Shown here piece after piece: positions 1 to 13,005 of a DNA stretch of 64,000 nt; position 1 is the first letter of the stretch, and the number at the start of each line of letters is the position of its first letter. The notes under the pieces are model-generated. The model was not told the DNA's origin. It saw nothing but the letters and a program-made list of their open reading frames with translations, and searched no databases. The position numbers and the translations under genes were made by a program. Source of the DNA: Octopus sinensis (taxonomy: Eukaryota); contig NC_043008.1 in assembly GCF_006345805.1 (NCBI RefSeq), positions 22,382,001 through 22,446,000 on the forward strand, read 5' to 3'.

Positions 1-369
1 GAAAGTGGGATTTGAACTCAAGACATAAAGAGCTGAAACCAATTACCACATCACATTTTCCCAACTCTCTAACGATTCTGCCAGCTCACCAATTTTCCAT
101 CCATTTTAATATGGTAGAATGTAGTGTGATAAAGATTTGACTGCTACTTTTAGCAGGTCAAATGATCACATACAGTCTCGAAACACCCACTCATTAGTGA
201 CATATTGTGTCCAGCAGTGATTATAGTTACTATTGATTACTTTATTACTGATTAATTAATTATTATTTATTGGGTACCTTATCTATTCTAGATATGATCG
301 ATGTCTGATCAAAGCACTGGACTTTAGTGGACTGCTGTCTTTTCCCCATATGTGTGTGTGTGACTATTG

Positions 370-812
370 ACCAAGACCTTTGGTAATATGACATGCTTGA
401 GAAGACCCATCAAGCCAAGTAAAATTGTTCTTATGACCGATACTTGTGTCATGTAATTGGCAATTGTGCCAGTGGCACATAAAAAGCACCTGCTGAGTGC
501 TGGGCCTTGCGGAGGCAGTGACAAGTGACCAAGACTTTTGGCAATATGTCACACTTCAGAAGATCCATGAAGCCAAATGAAATCATAGTCATGGCAGATA
601 CTGGTGTCACACAACTGGCATCCATGCTGGTGGCACATAAGCGCACCCAATACACTCTCAGAGTGGTTGGCATTAGGAAGGGCATCCAGCTATAGAAACC
701 ATGCCAAATCAGACTGGAGTCTGGTTGCAGCCCTTCAGTTTACTAGCCCTGGTCAAACCGTCCAACCCATGCCAGCATGGACAACAGACATTAAATGATG
801 ATGTGTGTTTTT
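370..812 (+). mobile_element. RTE-type retroposon 3' end (family C), with two internal ~155-nt repeats
   Basis: Family motif gagtggttggcattaggaagggcatccagct...ccaacccatgccagcatgg with a (GAT)n tail; same family at 2281, 15400, 25200, 36790. Confidence 0.7.
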
Positions 813-966
813 AGTATTAGTATTATTGTTGTTTACATCATCGTTATTTTCGTTGTCTAGCCCTAGATAAAACCTATTAGAACAGATTTATATGCAAAAC
901 CATTCTGGTCCAGGACCAGGACCATCCCCTCATATTCTTTTTTTAATATTCAATACTAGAGTAGCT

Positions 967-1375
967 AAGGTGGTGAGCTGGCAGAAACGTTAGCATGCCA
1001 GGCAAAATTAGGTTTTGAGTTCAAATTCCGCTGAGGTCGACTTTGCCTTTCATCCTTTCGGGGTTGATAAATTAAGTACCAGTTACGCACTGGGGTCGAT
1101 GTAATCGACTTAATCCCTTTGTCTGTCCTTGTTTATCCCCTCTGTTTGTAGCCCCTTGTGGACAGTAAAGAAATAAGAATCATTAGCACACTGGGTGAAA
1201 TGCTTAGTGGTATTTCGTCTGCCGCTACGTTCTGAGTTCAAATTCTGCCATGGTCGACTTTGCCTTTCATCCTTTTGGGGTCGATAAATTAAGTACCAGT
1301 TACCTGATGGGGATCGATCTAATCGACTGGCCATCTCCCCAAAAATTTCAGGTCTTGTGCCTAGATTAGAAAAGA
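967..1375 (+). mobile_element. tRNA-headed SINE family A, head-to-tail dimer
   Basis: Head ggtgagctggcagaaacgttag; B-box-like gagttcaaattcc; central gtcgactttgcctttcatcctttcggggtcgataaattaagtacc present twice. Confidence 0.8.
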
Positions 1376-2280
1376 ATAATAGAATAGCTAGGACCTCATT
1401 ATCTAATATGGCTTGGCTGTGTTTAAGGATGAATTGATGTGATGTATATTTCACTCATTAAGCTCACACAAAATTGACCCCTTTTAACCAGGGACGTTAA
1501 CAGCTCAAAATAAGTTTTAGTTATGTACTTTGGCTAAATATTTTTTTAACATTATGGTGATGGTGTTGGTGTTGGTGTTCTTGTTGATGGTGGTGGTGGT
1601 GGTGGTGATGGCATTTACAATGGCATTTGTGGTATCGGAGATATCTATGATGGTGATGGTGTTTATGGTGATGGTGATGGTGAGGTATTTTTAGTGGTGA
1701 TTGTGACGAGGTGGTGTTGATGGTGGTGTTCATAACGGTATTTGTGGTGGCGATATTGGTGGTGATATTCATGGTTGTGTTGGCGTTGTTTTGGGGATGA
1801 AAGTAGAGCAGAGAGGTTGGGTTTTTATTTGTGGTGGTGGTGGTGGTGGAGGTGTTTTTTCGTGGTTATTGTGAAGATGGTGATGGTAGTGTTTCTGAGG
1901 GTTGTTGCAGCGAGAAACTTGCTAATACAGACTGTCGTTAATTAAAACGATAAAGACGACGATGACAACAATGATGATGATAATGAAGATGATGATGATG
2001 ATGGTGGCAGTGGCAGTGGCAGTGACGCTGATGATACTGATGTTGATAATGATAATGATGATGATGATGACGACATCAACGACAACAAGGATGAAAATTA
2101 AATACCTTGTGGTATCTAATTTTGCTTTTTTTTTTTACATTTCATTCAGAGTTCAAACCGCTCCAAAAAAAATTTGCATTTCACTCTTCCTCAGTTGATA
2201 AATTAGTACCAGTAAAATACTGGGACAGATATAACCAACAATCATAATCATCATCTACAAACTATTTGTTAAATTGCAGC

Positions 2281-2770
2281 GTACCTTCCCTACAGTGGAC
2301 ACGGCTTGCAAAGACCTGTTGAAGCAAGTGAAATCGGAATCGAAATCAAATTCGATGACTGGCATCCGTGCTAGTGGAGCACTAAGAGCACCATCCGAGC
2401 GTGATCGTTGCTAGAGAGGCTAACTGGCGTTTGTGCCGTGGCATGTAAAAAGCACCATTCAAGTGTGATCGTTACCAGTGTCGCCTTACTGGCACTTGTG
2501 CCAGTGTGCAGATGACACGTAAAAAACAGCACGATTTTTCCATGGCCATTGCCAGTACTGCCTGACTGGCCCTCGTGTCGGTGGCACGTAAAAGCACCCA
2601 CTACACTCTCGGAGTGGTTGGCGTTAGGAAGGGCATCCAGCTGTAGAAAATCTGCCAGATCAAGATTGGAGCCTGGTGCAGCTATCTGGTTCACCAGCAC
2701 CAGTCCTCAGTCAAATCGTCCAACCCATGCTAGCATGGAAAGCGGACGATAAACGATGATGATGATGAGG
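2281..2770 (+). mobile_element. RTE-type retroposon 3' end (family C)
   Basis: Internal tgccggtggcacgtaaaagcacc repeats, ggcgttaggaagggcatccagc motif, (GAT)n tail. Confidence 0.75.
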
Positions 2771-2778
2771 AGGAGGAG

Positions 2779-3150
2779 GATGTTCTTCCATAATTCATGG
2801 ACACTCAAGTCCCCAGCAGGTGCAATTACGGCAGTTAATTGAGCCATTTAATTTAAATCTAGCCTCATCACTCCAAGCAATCTTTGTTCGAATGTCTGCA
2901 ACTTAAGTACCACTTAGAAAATTCCACTCTTTGGTTTGGATCGTCTTCATTGAGAGCATGGACTATTCTTGGAATGTAACTTTCCCAATGATAGCACTTC
3001 AAAATGTGATAAACGCTTGATTTTGAAATTCCCATTTCTGAACTTACTTGCTGCACAGATTTTCTTCAACTCTAACAATACGTTTCCAGTACCATTTCTT
3101 GATTTGTGGGGACTTATTAATGTCCATAGCCTTCCAGAATATTTCCTGTG
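2779..3150 (-). pseudogene. Decayed Tc1/mariner (maT/DD37D-like) transposase fragment
   Basis: Minus-strand translation [21 protein letters not shown]...[21 protein letters not shown], then [14 protein letters not shown] across a frameshift: the HTH and first catalytic Asp motif. Confidence 0.75.
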
Positions 3151-3494
3151 GTCATTCTAAACAGTTCCATCTAATTCAAACTTCTCTCTAATTCAAATGA
3201 TGGTAAGTTTTGTATAAAAGCAATTTAAGACCAAACAAAAGGATTACTCAATAATTTTTTAATAGATTGCATATTACTTGATTTTTACAAGTGAACGGCT
3301 GACAAGTTTTAGCTTGTTTGCTGTCATCAATAAACTGAAGACTCAAGTATGCTTGAGTATGCATCCAGCCATAGAAGCAAATCACTGGAGTCAGGTGCAG
3401 CTCTACAGTTCTGGTCAAACCATCTAACCCATGCCAGCATGGAAAGCGGGTAGTAAATAATGATGGTGATGATGATGATGTATATATATTTGTG

Positions 3495-3613
<119 letters not shown>

Positions 3614-3778
3614 GTATGTCATTATTCGGTTTTATTTTGAGATTTCTTGCCAATGGAGAAAGAGCCGGTTTCTAAAGTAGATCCAAGGCTCCTTCATTGG
3701 AATTTCATTTTCAACAACAGGGTATTTTTGCCAGTATATATGTGCGTATGTATGCATGTATGTATGTATGTATGTATG

Positions 3779-4072
3779 AGACAGATGAGTGACAACCTGG
3801 CCACTGGTGGTGGTGTAACACACCATACTAATCATATCTGTCGGGCATGTGGAAGAGAGTGTAATTCGGCAGGAGGACTTAAACGACATGCAAAGGTACA
3901 TGAAGCCCAGTTACAACTACAGCCAGCTATTACCATTAAAGGTTTTAGTTGCCAATTCTGTACAAGACATTGTAGATCTTTAGCTGGGTTAAAAAGTCAC
4001 ATTCGATCACAGCACTGATAACAGTTAAGCTTCGTGCAATGGCCATATTCGATAACGAGGGGGCAGCCATAA
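3779..4072 (+). mobile_element. 5'-truncated RTE-clade LINE 3' end with two C2H2-like motifs and an (ATGT)n tail
   Basis: HICRACGRECNSAGGLKRHAKVH and FSCQFCTRHCRSLAGLKSHIRSQH*, then a short 3' UTR (atggccatattcgataacgagggggcagccat), embedded in (ATGT)n on both sides. Confidence 0.65.
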
Positions 4073-4534
4073 TGTATGTATGTATGTATGTATGTGTGCT
4101 GATTTGTCAGTTTTGTTTTATGTATGTATTCTCATGCATATAGTCACATATCTAGACATACTCATGTATATTTAAACGATGAACTTGCATGTATGTATAA
4201 TTCACATGGAGATTATCAACAACAACATTACAAGTATAGTTTTTGTTTGTCAGAATGTCACTTCGATACCGTAGTACATTTCACTGCTTGTTGGGGCGAT
4301 CAGCATCAATGTTATGGTACCTATTTAACAGCCAGACTGACTGGGCTGACAAGACACAAACATCTTTAACATGAAATTATCACAACACAATGCAACACAG
4401 GTGGATACAAACTACAATCTTTTCAGTCAATGTTGTTGTTATGGCATAAGGAAGGAAAAATACATTAGTTTATAAATAACAAGATGGCACCAACAAACCT
4501 GTTGTAAAATTCGGAAATTCGATATTTGTGTGTT

Positions 4535-4578
<44 letters not shown>

Positions 4579-5109
4579 CTTTGATGTTGTGTATTTTTAT
4601 TAGTTGGTGTATATTTGTAAAAGATTCCGGTCGATTATACTTAGATTAATATGACATCTCGTATTATTAAATTTATCTCCATCAACCGGAAAGACGTGCA
4701 CAGCCATATCTGCAAACTGACAATAATAGATTTGTATAAAGTATTGTTAGCTTAAGATGAGAAGTAATTTATCTTCTCAAGATATTGGCTCTTTCTTATT
4801 CAACCGATCTTATTCAATTATCACAGTAAATCAGAGGTAAGCTATATGTGAACTATGTCTGTAAGCAAATCCTGATTTTTTTTTTTTCACTGTTAAGCAA
4901 TTTTCATTTCATGACAGCCATTGTTAAAACGAGCCTCGTAAGACTTGAGACACCCTCTAAGCATTTGTGCTTAGCTCTAGTATAATACTATGACATAGTT
5001 AAAAATATTAATAAATCCCCCTTCCCGGCCTCTTCACACCCCAAACACTACCCAGTTATTTTTCTGGTATTTTCTGGTATCAGATAAAATCTGTGAATAG
5101 GAATATGTA

Positions 5110-5631
5110 CCGTAAATCCTCGAGTATAATCCGCCTTTTTTCCCCAAAATTTAGAGGTCAAAATCCCTAGTGCATACTATATACGAGGTTAAAACTGAAA
5201 AATATTTTCTAAGCAATGTCCGAGTCTCTATTTACTGTCCGGCAATGTTTATTCAGATGCATTTTGTGATGTCAGGCGCGAAAATACCTTAAGCTAAGCC
5301 TGAAAGCAATGAAGTCATAAAAGAATCATCCATAACTTGCAGTAAGCAGCATTTATTAAAATAAAAGTATTCAGAACACAGAATGACATGTAACAAAAAC
5401 AATTTGCAAACATATTTACATTCCCATATAACAGTTAAGAACATCACCATTATTGTATTACACATGCGTGGAAGTTTTTGTTCGACTAGGTGCTGCTGGC
5501 TTAATTATGCACGACTCAAGTTAGAGAAGGAGTGCGTATTATATACAAGGTTTAGGTTTTCCAGAGGTACAGCCCCCTAAAAATCTCCTGTGTATTATAC
5601 TCAAGGGCAGACTATACTTGAGGATTTACGG
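5110..5631. mobile_element. Non-autonomous Tc1/mariner-superfamily (Tc2/pogo-like) MITE, 522 bp
   Basis: 19-bp TIR CCGTAAATCCTCGAGTATA / TATACTTGAGGATTTACGG (1 mismatch), flanked by TA on both sides. Confidence 0.8.
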
Positions 5632-6007
5632 TACATAGATAAATTTTAGACAAGAAATAATTGTTACAGTTACAGTATTTGAAAAGAGCTTGTTATGCCT
5701 TGGGAGCGTCATAATGCCAATAATCATAAACACATGCACTGGTTCAATATCACTTCTTTATTGTTAGTCAATTGGTTAAATATCTAACCAACTATCTAAT
5801 CGATCATTTGTTTAATGTGCTGGTCAAGCAATCACTTGGTTGTTTGTTTGTTAAAGTCTTTTCATCACTATTCATGACCTCATTGGTGACATGCATATCC
5901 TTGCAGAACTTAGCTGACCAGTTATTGTTGCATGCTACACTACCCCCATGACCTTTTTGCTGTAATACAAAGATAATGTTGGCCTTTGTATTTCATCTTC
6001 CTATGTA

Positions 6008-6392
6008 TAGGTGTAGGAGTGGCTGTGTGGTAAGCAGCCTGCTTACCAACCACATGGTTCTGGGTTCAGTCCCATTGTGTGGCACCTTGGGCAAGTGTCT
6101 TCTACTATAGCCTCAGGCCAACCAAAGCCTTGTGAGTGGATTTGGTGGATGGGAACTGAAAGAATCCCATCGTATATATATAGTTAATCCGAACATGAAA
6201 ACACAAAGAAAAAACACAACAATGCGAGGACGTGGAACAAGTATAGTATTATTGGACACTCAGGAAAGGAAAGAAAGAAGGAAAATTTAATGTTTCGAGC
6301 AGAGCTCTTCATCAGAAACATAGGAAAAGGAAAGATCCGAGGAAGAGAAGATGGAGGAAAAAAAATCACCAACGATACACACGCAGTCACAT

Positions 6393-6468
<76 letters not shown>

Positions 6469-6670
6469 ATATATATATATATATGTATGTGTGTGTGTCT
6501 GTGTTTGTCCCCCCAACATTGCTTGACAACTGATGCTGGTGTCAAGCAATAATAAAATAAGTACTAGGCTTACAAAGAATATTGTCCTGGGGTCGATTTG
6601 CTCAACTAAAAGGCGGTGCTCCAGCATGGCCACAGTCAAATGACTGAAACAAGTAAAAGTGTAAAAGAGT
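6008..6670 (+). mobile_element. tRNA-headed CORE-type SINE family B, interrupted in its (TA)n linker by a hammerhead-bearing insert
   Basis: Head ggagtggctgtgtggtaag...gggttcagtccc, CORE-like gcaccttgggcaagtgtcttct, 3' end aaacaagtaaaag. Confidence 0.8.
6292..6315 (-). ncRNA. Minimal type I hammerhead motif (PLE-type) within a ~200-bp (TA)n-nested element (6185-6392)
   Basis: Minus strand reads gttt CTGATGA A GAGC TCT GCTC GAAAC AT T AAAT: intact core with a 4-bp stem II. Helix III is ACAT instead of palindromic ACGT. Confidence 0.65.
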
Positions 6671-7689
6671 AACTCGCACAAAGACCTCTTGCTTTTGTTT
6701 TTGGTGATGTCTTTCTTTCTAAGCTGACATTTTCAACTCTTAAGCTTGTCAAAGTGTTAATGTCTGTATTTACAAATATTATTTGTTTTCTTGTCCTTAT
6801 TTCTTCTTTATACCTTCTTTATGCTCTGGGGTTTTTTCTTTATGTTTGTTTTAAAGTTTTCAGAGGCCCCTTTCTTTTTAATATTTTGGGCGCATATTCA
6901 CTGCTAACATTTTTTGTGGTTAGTACACCTCATATGATCTCCCACCACCTTCAAACGCTTTCTGCCTTTATTCACTAATAAACAAATATTTTTGCAGATA
7001 CAAAATATTAAGAAATTTCCATTCCAGTTTAATGGGGCAGACGCTTAAATGTTTTAAAGTCATTAATTGGCAAAATAAGATAAAATAGAAAAACAAACTT
7101 CCTTTCCATTAGATTAAACATAGCAGATACGATTCTACTCTGGAACCATTAGGAAATGTCTGCTCATCACAAAAATACAACATCCACTACTACTGCCACT
7201 GCCTCGGCAGCAGCAGCAGCAGCAGCAGCAGTGGTGGTATTGGTGGTGGTGGTGGTGGTAGTGTTAGTAGTAGTAGTAGTAGTAGTAGTAGTTTCTAAAT
7301 TTGGTGCAAAATGTTTTCCTTTTTTTTTTAATCTTAAATAATTTCCAGATTCCTAAAAGATTTAAATTGTATGTGTTTTTATAAAAAAGTAGTTTTTTTT
7401 TATACAAAGAAACCCAAGTTATATAGCTTACAAAAAATATTTATTTCTTAAAAATAATTGCTGTGTCAACTATATATCATAAATCTTTGAATTTATTAAT
7501 AAAAATTCTGAATGTCACTGTAAGTCACTGGAACTTTTATATTAAATAGTATTAGTGAACATTCATCAAATATATATATATATCAAATGTAAGAAAATCT
7601 TTTTAAACTTTATATATGAATACATTTTTTTAGCATTTATAACAATAATAATGATTTTAAGGATTTAGTTAATAAATATTTTTAAATGG

Positions 7690-7834
7690 TCTCCAAAACT
7701 GGTGGAAGGGAGCTAAGAAGCTATCCTCAAACCAGAGACTAGACCCAAATGATTACAACAGAATGGACTCTGCTAAAGTCCCACCAAGGTTCCTAGCAGT
7801 GATGTTTGTTGGAATACCTGAAGAAGCAAGTTCG
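7690..7834 (+). mobile_element. Possible Penelope GIY-YIG C-terminus plus truncated pLTR
   Basis: Frameshifted EAIL..QRLDPNDYNRMDSAKVPPRFLAVM resembles PLE C-termini; followed by CTGAAGAAGCAAGTTCG, a truncated hammerhead-like 5' half. Confidence 0.3.
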
Positions 7835-7913
7835 TATTTATATACATACACATCCCTGCTTAACACTTCTGTTCTGTATTTCAGATATACATGCACACAC
7901 ACACACATACATT

Positions 7914-8000
7914 CAGTAATCCCTCAACTATCACTGTTGTTATGTTTCAAAAACCCCTGCGATAGGTGAAAATCTACAAAGTAGAAACAGTACTGTACTG
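7914..8000. mobile_element. pogo/Tigger-like transposon end fragment
   Basis: cagtaatccctcaactatc...aaaaacccctgcgataggtgaaaatc resembles Tigger/MER2-type termini; no partner TIR found. Confidence 0.4.
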
Positions 8001-8854
8001 TATATTTTTTTTAATTATTTTTATAATTTGTATATATTTATTTTATTATAAATGCAAAACAACACCATGGGGGAATTGACGTAAGCTTAAATAATAAACC
8101 ATGATAGGTGACCCACGATATGGTGAGGGATTGCTGTACATATATATATATAAATACATTTTTATCTATATATAGGTGTATGTGTATATATATATACATA
8201 TATATAAATACATGCATACATATACATACATATACTAATATATGTCGAATCCTCTGTGTGTTAACATGGGCTTCCTAGCAGCACTGTAAACTTCATTTAA
8301 TCAAGATATTCTTGGCCTGAGGAGTAGCCTGCTGTACCCACATCACTTGGATATTATATATATATTGTGAAGTATATATATATATTATGAAGGCAGGTGG
8401 CTTCATGATAAGGGTATGTGTCTCATGATCATAAGGTTTTGAGTTTGATTCCCAGAAGTATTTTGTGTCCTTAAGCAAGACACTTTATTTCACATTGATC
8501 CAGTCCACTCATTAAAAAAAGCCATTAAAAAAATCAATAGAAGTGACTTTTTTGTGAATTTTCTATCCAAAACCCAATCAAAATGCCCGAAACCAGCTAG
8601 CTGTATGTGATTGGTCAAAAATTTGGGCAGTACTTGCGTGTACGTGCGCACGCACACAGCTGTATATGCATGCACTAGCACTATGACCCAGCAATGCCGG
8701 GTCATAGTGCTAGTATTTGATAAGATGGATACATCAAAACCAGTAATATTTTATGAAGCATTCTCTGTGACTTTTCCAACTTTATTTACTATTTTTAACT
8801 ATAATTTTTGATTTGTATGGACTCCTAACCACTTTTCATCTATATATATATTAT

Positions 8855-8943
<89 letters not shown>

Positions 8944-9350
8944 GTATATATATATATATATATATAAATATATGTATATATATGTATATATATATATATA
9001 TAATATACACGCACATACACATATACGTTTATAATATACTGTTCAAAGTGATGTCATATACGGAATAGACACTGACAGTTGTCATTGGTGTGTGATATTT
9101 CTGAGAATTTCAAAGGAACCTCTTGTCTGTGTTTGTCTGAAGTTGACTTATGATCTTTGATCCATTCTAGCTTTACTTCCTTGTTGATTGTCATCAGAGA
9201 AAGGACGAGATGTAAAATGTTCAGGGATCGATTACCTCTGCTGGGAATTAAGAAATTCTCTCTCCAGGTGAAGAATAGTATGCTGATGCTCGCGAGTAAA
9301 GAATGTTGTTGCATGATTGATGAATGCAAAGGATATTCTTTTATTTTTTT

Positions 9351-9601
9351 ACTTTTTTACTTGTTTCAGTCATTTGACTGCGGCCATGCTGGAGCACCGC
9401 CTTTAGTCGAGCAAATCGACCCCAGGACTTATTCTTTGTAAGCCTAGTACTTATTTTATTGATCTCTTTTGCCGAACCGCTAAGTTACGGGAACGTAAAC
9501 ATACCAGCATCTGTTGTCAAGCGATGTTGGGGAGACAAACACAGACAGACACACAAACATATACACACACGTACATATATATATATATATATATATGTAT
9601 G

Positions 9602-9645
<44 letters not shown>

Positions 9646-9812
9646 TACATATATACGACAGGCTTCTTTCAGTCTCCGTCTACTAAATCCACTCACAAGG
9701 CTTTGGTCGGCCCAAGGCTATAGTAGAAGACACTTGACCATGCACTGGGACTGAACCCGGAACCATGTGGTTGGCAAGCAAGCTACTTACCACATACTCA
9801 CTCCTACGCCTA
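9351..9812 (-). mobile_element. SINE family B
   Basis: Reverse complement of the 6008 element, including CORE-like segment and tRNA head. Confidence 0.8.
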
Positions 9813-11039
9813 TATGCAAAGGTTAGGAAAGAAATGAGGGTGACCGTGCGCCAACGATGGGTTTTTATTTTTTATTTTACCTGCAACAAGCAATGGTGGT
9901 GTTTTACAATTTTGAAAAGGCAGACACAGATAACAGTAATCTTTTACAATTTTGGTGCAGCAAATAACAATAGACTTTTACAATTTTCATGCAACAGGTA
10001 ACAGTGAATATGCAATTTTGGTAAAGCAGATGACAATGGTCTTCTACAATTTCAGCATAGCAGACAACAGTGGCCTTTTAGAATTAGATTTCACTTGACT
10101 AGACCTAGACGGGTCTTTGTGTGGAAGCTTTTAACTCTTTTATTCTTGTTTAACCCATGTCAGCTTTTGTTTAATAAAGCTAAAATTGAAACCATTCCAA
10201 CTATGACTATTTCGTTTTTAGGGGTAATTCCTTTTACGTTCTTTTAATAGAGTAGGGGTCGATTTTAGGGAAATTTTTCTGCTGTTCCTGTCAGATTGAA
10301 TCGCTAAATCAAGACACCCACGCTGGCTTGCTTTTAGCTATTATTTAAACTTTGCTGTATTTCCCAGTCTACCGGACAGAACAGAAAGACTTCTCTGATG
10401 GAAATAATTAAATTCTTAGTTTGAACATGAGACAGTAAATACGGTAACTACTCAAACAGATCTGGAGAATGTTTAAATATTAGTCAGAAGCACATAGCTT
10501 GCACTTGCAGACAGATTAGTCACATAAATAGCTGTGCTGTGTATTATATTATTTGTATTGCAGAACAAAGATTGTATCAGACAAGAACTTACTTCATTTC
10601 GTGTTGCATTAAAGAATTTGTTTACTTTAAGGAAGCATTTTTTTTTATCTTTCTTTGATTGGTAAATGATCTATTGGGAATTCCTTTCATGTATTGTTTA
10701 GCATAATCTAAACTAAGTGCTTCAGAGCTGTTCCAATGCAGTTCTTTCATTATTGTGGCATATTGAATGCAGAGTAATTCAAATAATTCTTTAGTTTCAT
10801 TAAGCATGTCGTTTACCTTCTTAAGATAATCCACGAAAATCTTCATACAGGTATTAAGCAACCATTTTATTGCATTTCAGATAATGTTGAGTTAAGTTTA
10901 CTCATCATATAACTCACTTTCTATGTAGTCACTCAATCTGCTGGAAATTAAAACCAAATCTCATGAAAATCTGCACAAACGTCTTATGACAAGGAAAAAA
11001 ATGGATTGGATGCAATAGCACTAGATGCCTTTAAACTAT

Positions 11040-11275
11040 TCTTGTTTCTTTATTGCCCACAAGGGGCTAAACATTGAGAAGACAAATAAGGACGGACAAA
11101 GGGATTAAGTCAATTACATCGACCCCAGTGTGTAACTGGTACTTAATTTATCGTCCTCGAAAGGATGAAAGGCAAAATTAACCTCAGTGGAATTTGAACT
11201 CAGAATGTAACAACAGACGAAATATCGCTAAACATTTCATCCGGCGTGCTAACGTTTCTGCCTGCTCACCACCTT
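11040..11275 (-). mobile_element. SINE family A
   Basis: ggtacttaatttatcgtcctcgaaaggatgaaaggcaaa...gaatttgaactcag. Confidence 0.75.
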
Positions 11276-11474
11276 ACTATTTAAACTATTCTATGCCTTA
11301 ATAGTCCATGCCTTTAAAATATTAAGATTGTAGCGGCCAGAAAGTTTTTAATCATAGCTCAGCTCAGTCAGTTAGGGTTGCGCTACCACTAACAACAACA
11401 ACAGCAGTAACATACAAACCAAGTTTACCTAATATACATCTCATTCTCATACATCTTTATCAATTCTTCATATA

Positions 11475-12265
11475 TTGGGTCATCCCATAAATAATGCAGT
11501 TTTTTCAATAGAATGAATTAAAAGTCAAAGGGGGTGGGATAAACTACCTGCATCAACTTGCTATAAAAGCAGGCAGTAACTTTACCTTGTTTTTATTCTT
11601 AGAGCAAGTTTTGAAGAGTGCAGTTCGATTTTAACAGTTATTTTTTCAAAGTTATAATGGAAGCGACAAAGGGGCATATTCGGCATATTTTGTTTCATGA
11701 GTTCAATAAAGGCAACAACGCAACAGAAAGTGTGAAGGATATTAATGTGAAGTATATGGGGATTGGACAATAAGCATAAACCAGTGTCAACGGTGGTTCC
11801 AGAAATTCTAAGCTGGAAACTACAGCCTAGAAAACAAGCCTTGTCCTGGAAGATTTGTAGAGCTCAGCAAGGACGTCCTGCAAACCCTTATGGAACAAAA
11901 TCCCATCGTAACTGTTGAGGAACTAGCAGAGAAGCTTGAATTTGCTCTTTCAGCCATTCATCAACACCTGTGTGCTATTGGGAAAGTTGGCGAATTGGGT
12001 CAATGCGTTCTTCACAAACTTTCTGAGTCTAACTGCACACAGAGAGTGAATGCGGGCTTTTCTTTCCTGTCACATATCATGAATGAGCCGTTTTGGGATT
12101 GAATAGTGACTGGTGACAAGAAATGGGTTCTCTATGAAAATGTCAAGTACTGAAGGCAGTGAGTAGGGAAAGGAGAAACACCGGCACCCCTGGCTAAAGA
12201 AGGTCTTCAGCCATGTAAGGTGTTGCTATGTTTGGTGGGATGTGAAAGGTGTAGTCTACTTGGGG
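11475..12265 (+). pseudogene. Decayed mariner element (5' TIR candidate plus N-terminal/central transposase)
   Basis: ATG at 11657 reads MEATKGHIRHILFHEFNKGNNATES; later FWD*IVTGDKKWVLYEN and WWDVKGVVY motifs, with stops and frameshifts. TA|ttgggtcatccc TIR-like start. Confidence 0.8.
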
Positions 12266-13005
12266 AATTACAACCATGTTTTGTGGTCTGCTACCACAAC
12301 AGCTCCTTTATAGGATCCAGTTAGCTCAAGACATCATCGGGAGGAACCACGTCCGGTTTCGGCCCCTACTCCTCTACCGTTTTGACATGGCGGGGACCCC
12401 CTTTCGGAGGTGTCTTCAGCTCTGGTGTTGGGTGCATGTCTTCTTTCTTCTTCTTTCTTCTGTTCCCTGGCCTCTTCGATGTATCGTCAGCGAGTGTCAG
12501 CTGGTGACTGACTGTCTTGTCAAATTTTTCCCTTTAAATACCTGCCGAACTTCTAAACCCAGACCAAACAACGGCAAAGGGGATCTACTGCTGGCCTTGT
12601 GCTGAAATTTAAGACCAATAAGTCTATATGAAGTGTAGTTATTGAGTATTGCTTTGTCCATTTAGCCTCCAGTGCAGAGAAATCGTTTTTGGTCTGAATG
12701 ATGGTTTCAATAATGATAATTGGCATAATTAACAAGATTAATTATAACTAGTTAATTAGTTAATTAATAAATTATTGGATTCATTATTGCAGTTGAAAGC
12801 TAGCTGGAATAAAGAACTCAATAGAATGACCAATACCTTACAGTGCCTTACTAAATACATTTCTGCATTCAGTTTCAGTGGTGTGTGGCCCAGTGGATAG
12901 GCTAGTTTGGCTTACTATCATTAAGTAGTGGGTTCAATTCTTGGTGCAGGCAGTACATTGTACACTGGCGAAAATAAATTTAAGACCAATGATAAAAGTT
13001 CTATT

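Noticed and set aside
3647-4018. 123-aa ORF as a host C2H2 zinc-finger gene
   Set aside because: Chimeric across a dispersed repeat, an (ATGT)n tract and an RTE-like 3' end; no TGEKP linkers or splice sites.
7700-7969. Open frame as an upstream exon of the membrane protein
   Set aside because: No in-frame acceptor; better explained by PLE and Tigger-like fragments plus a microsatellite.
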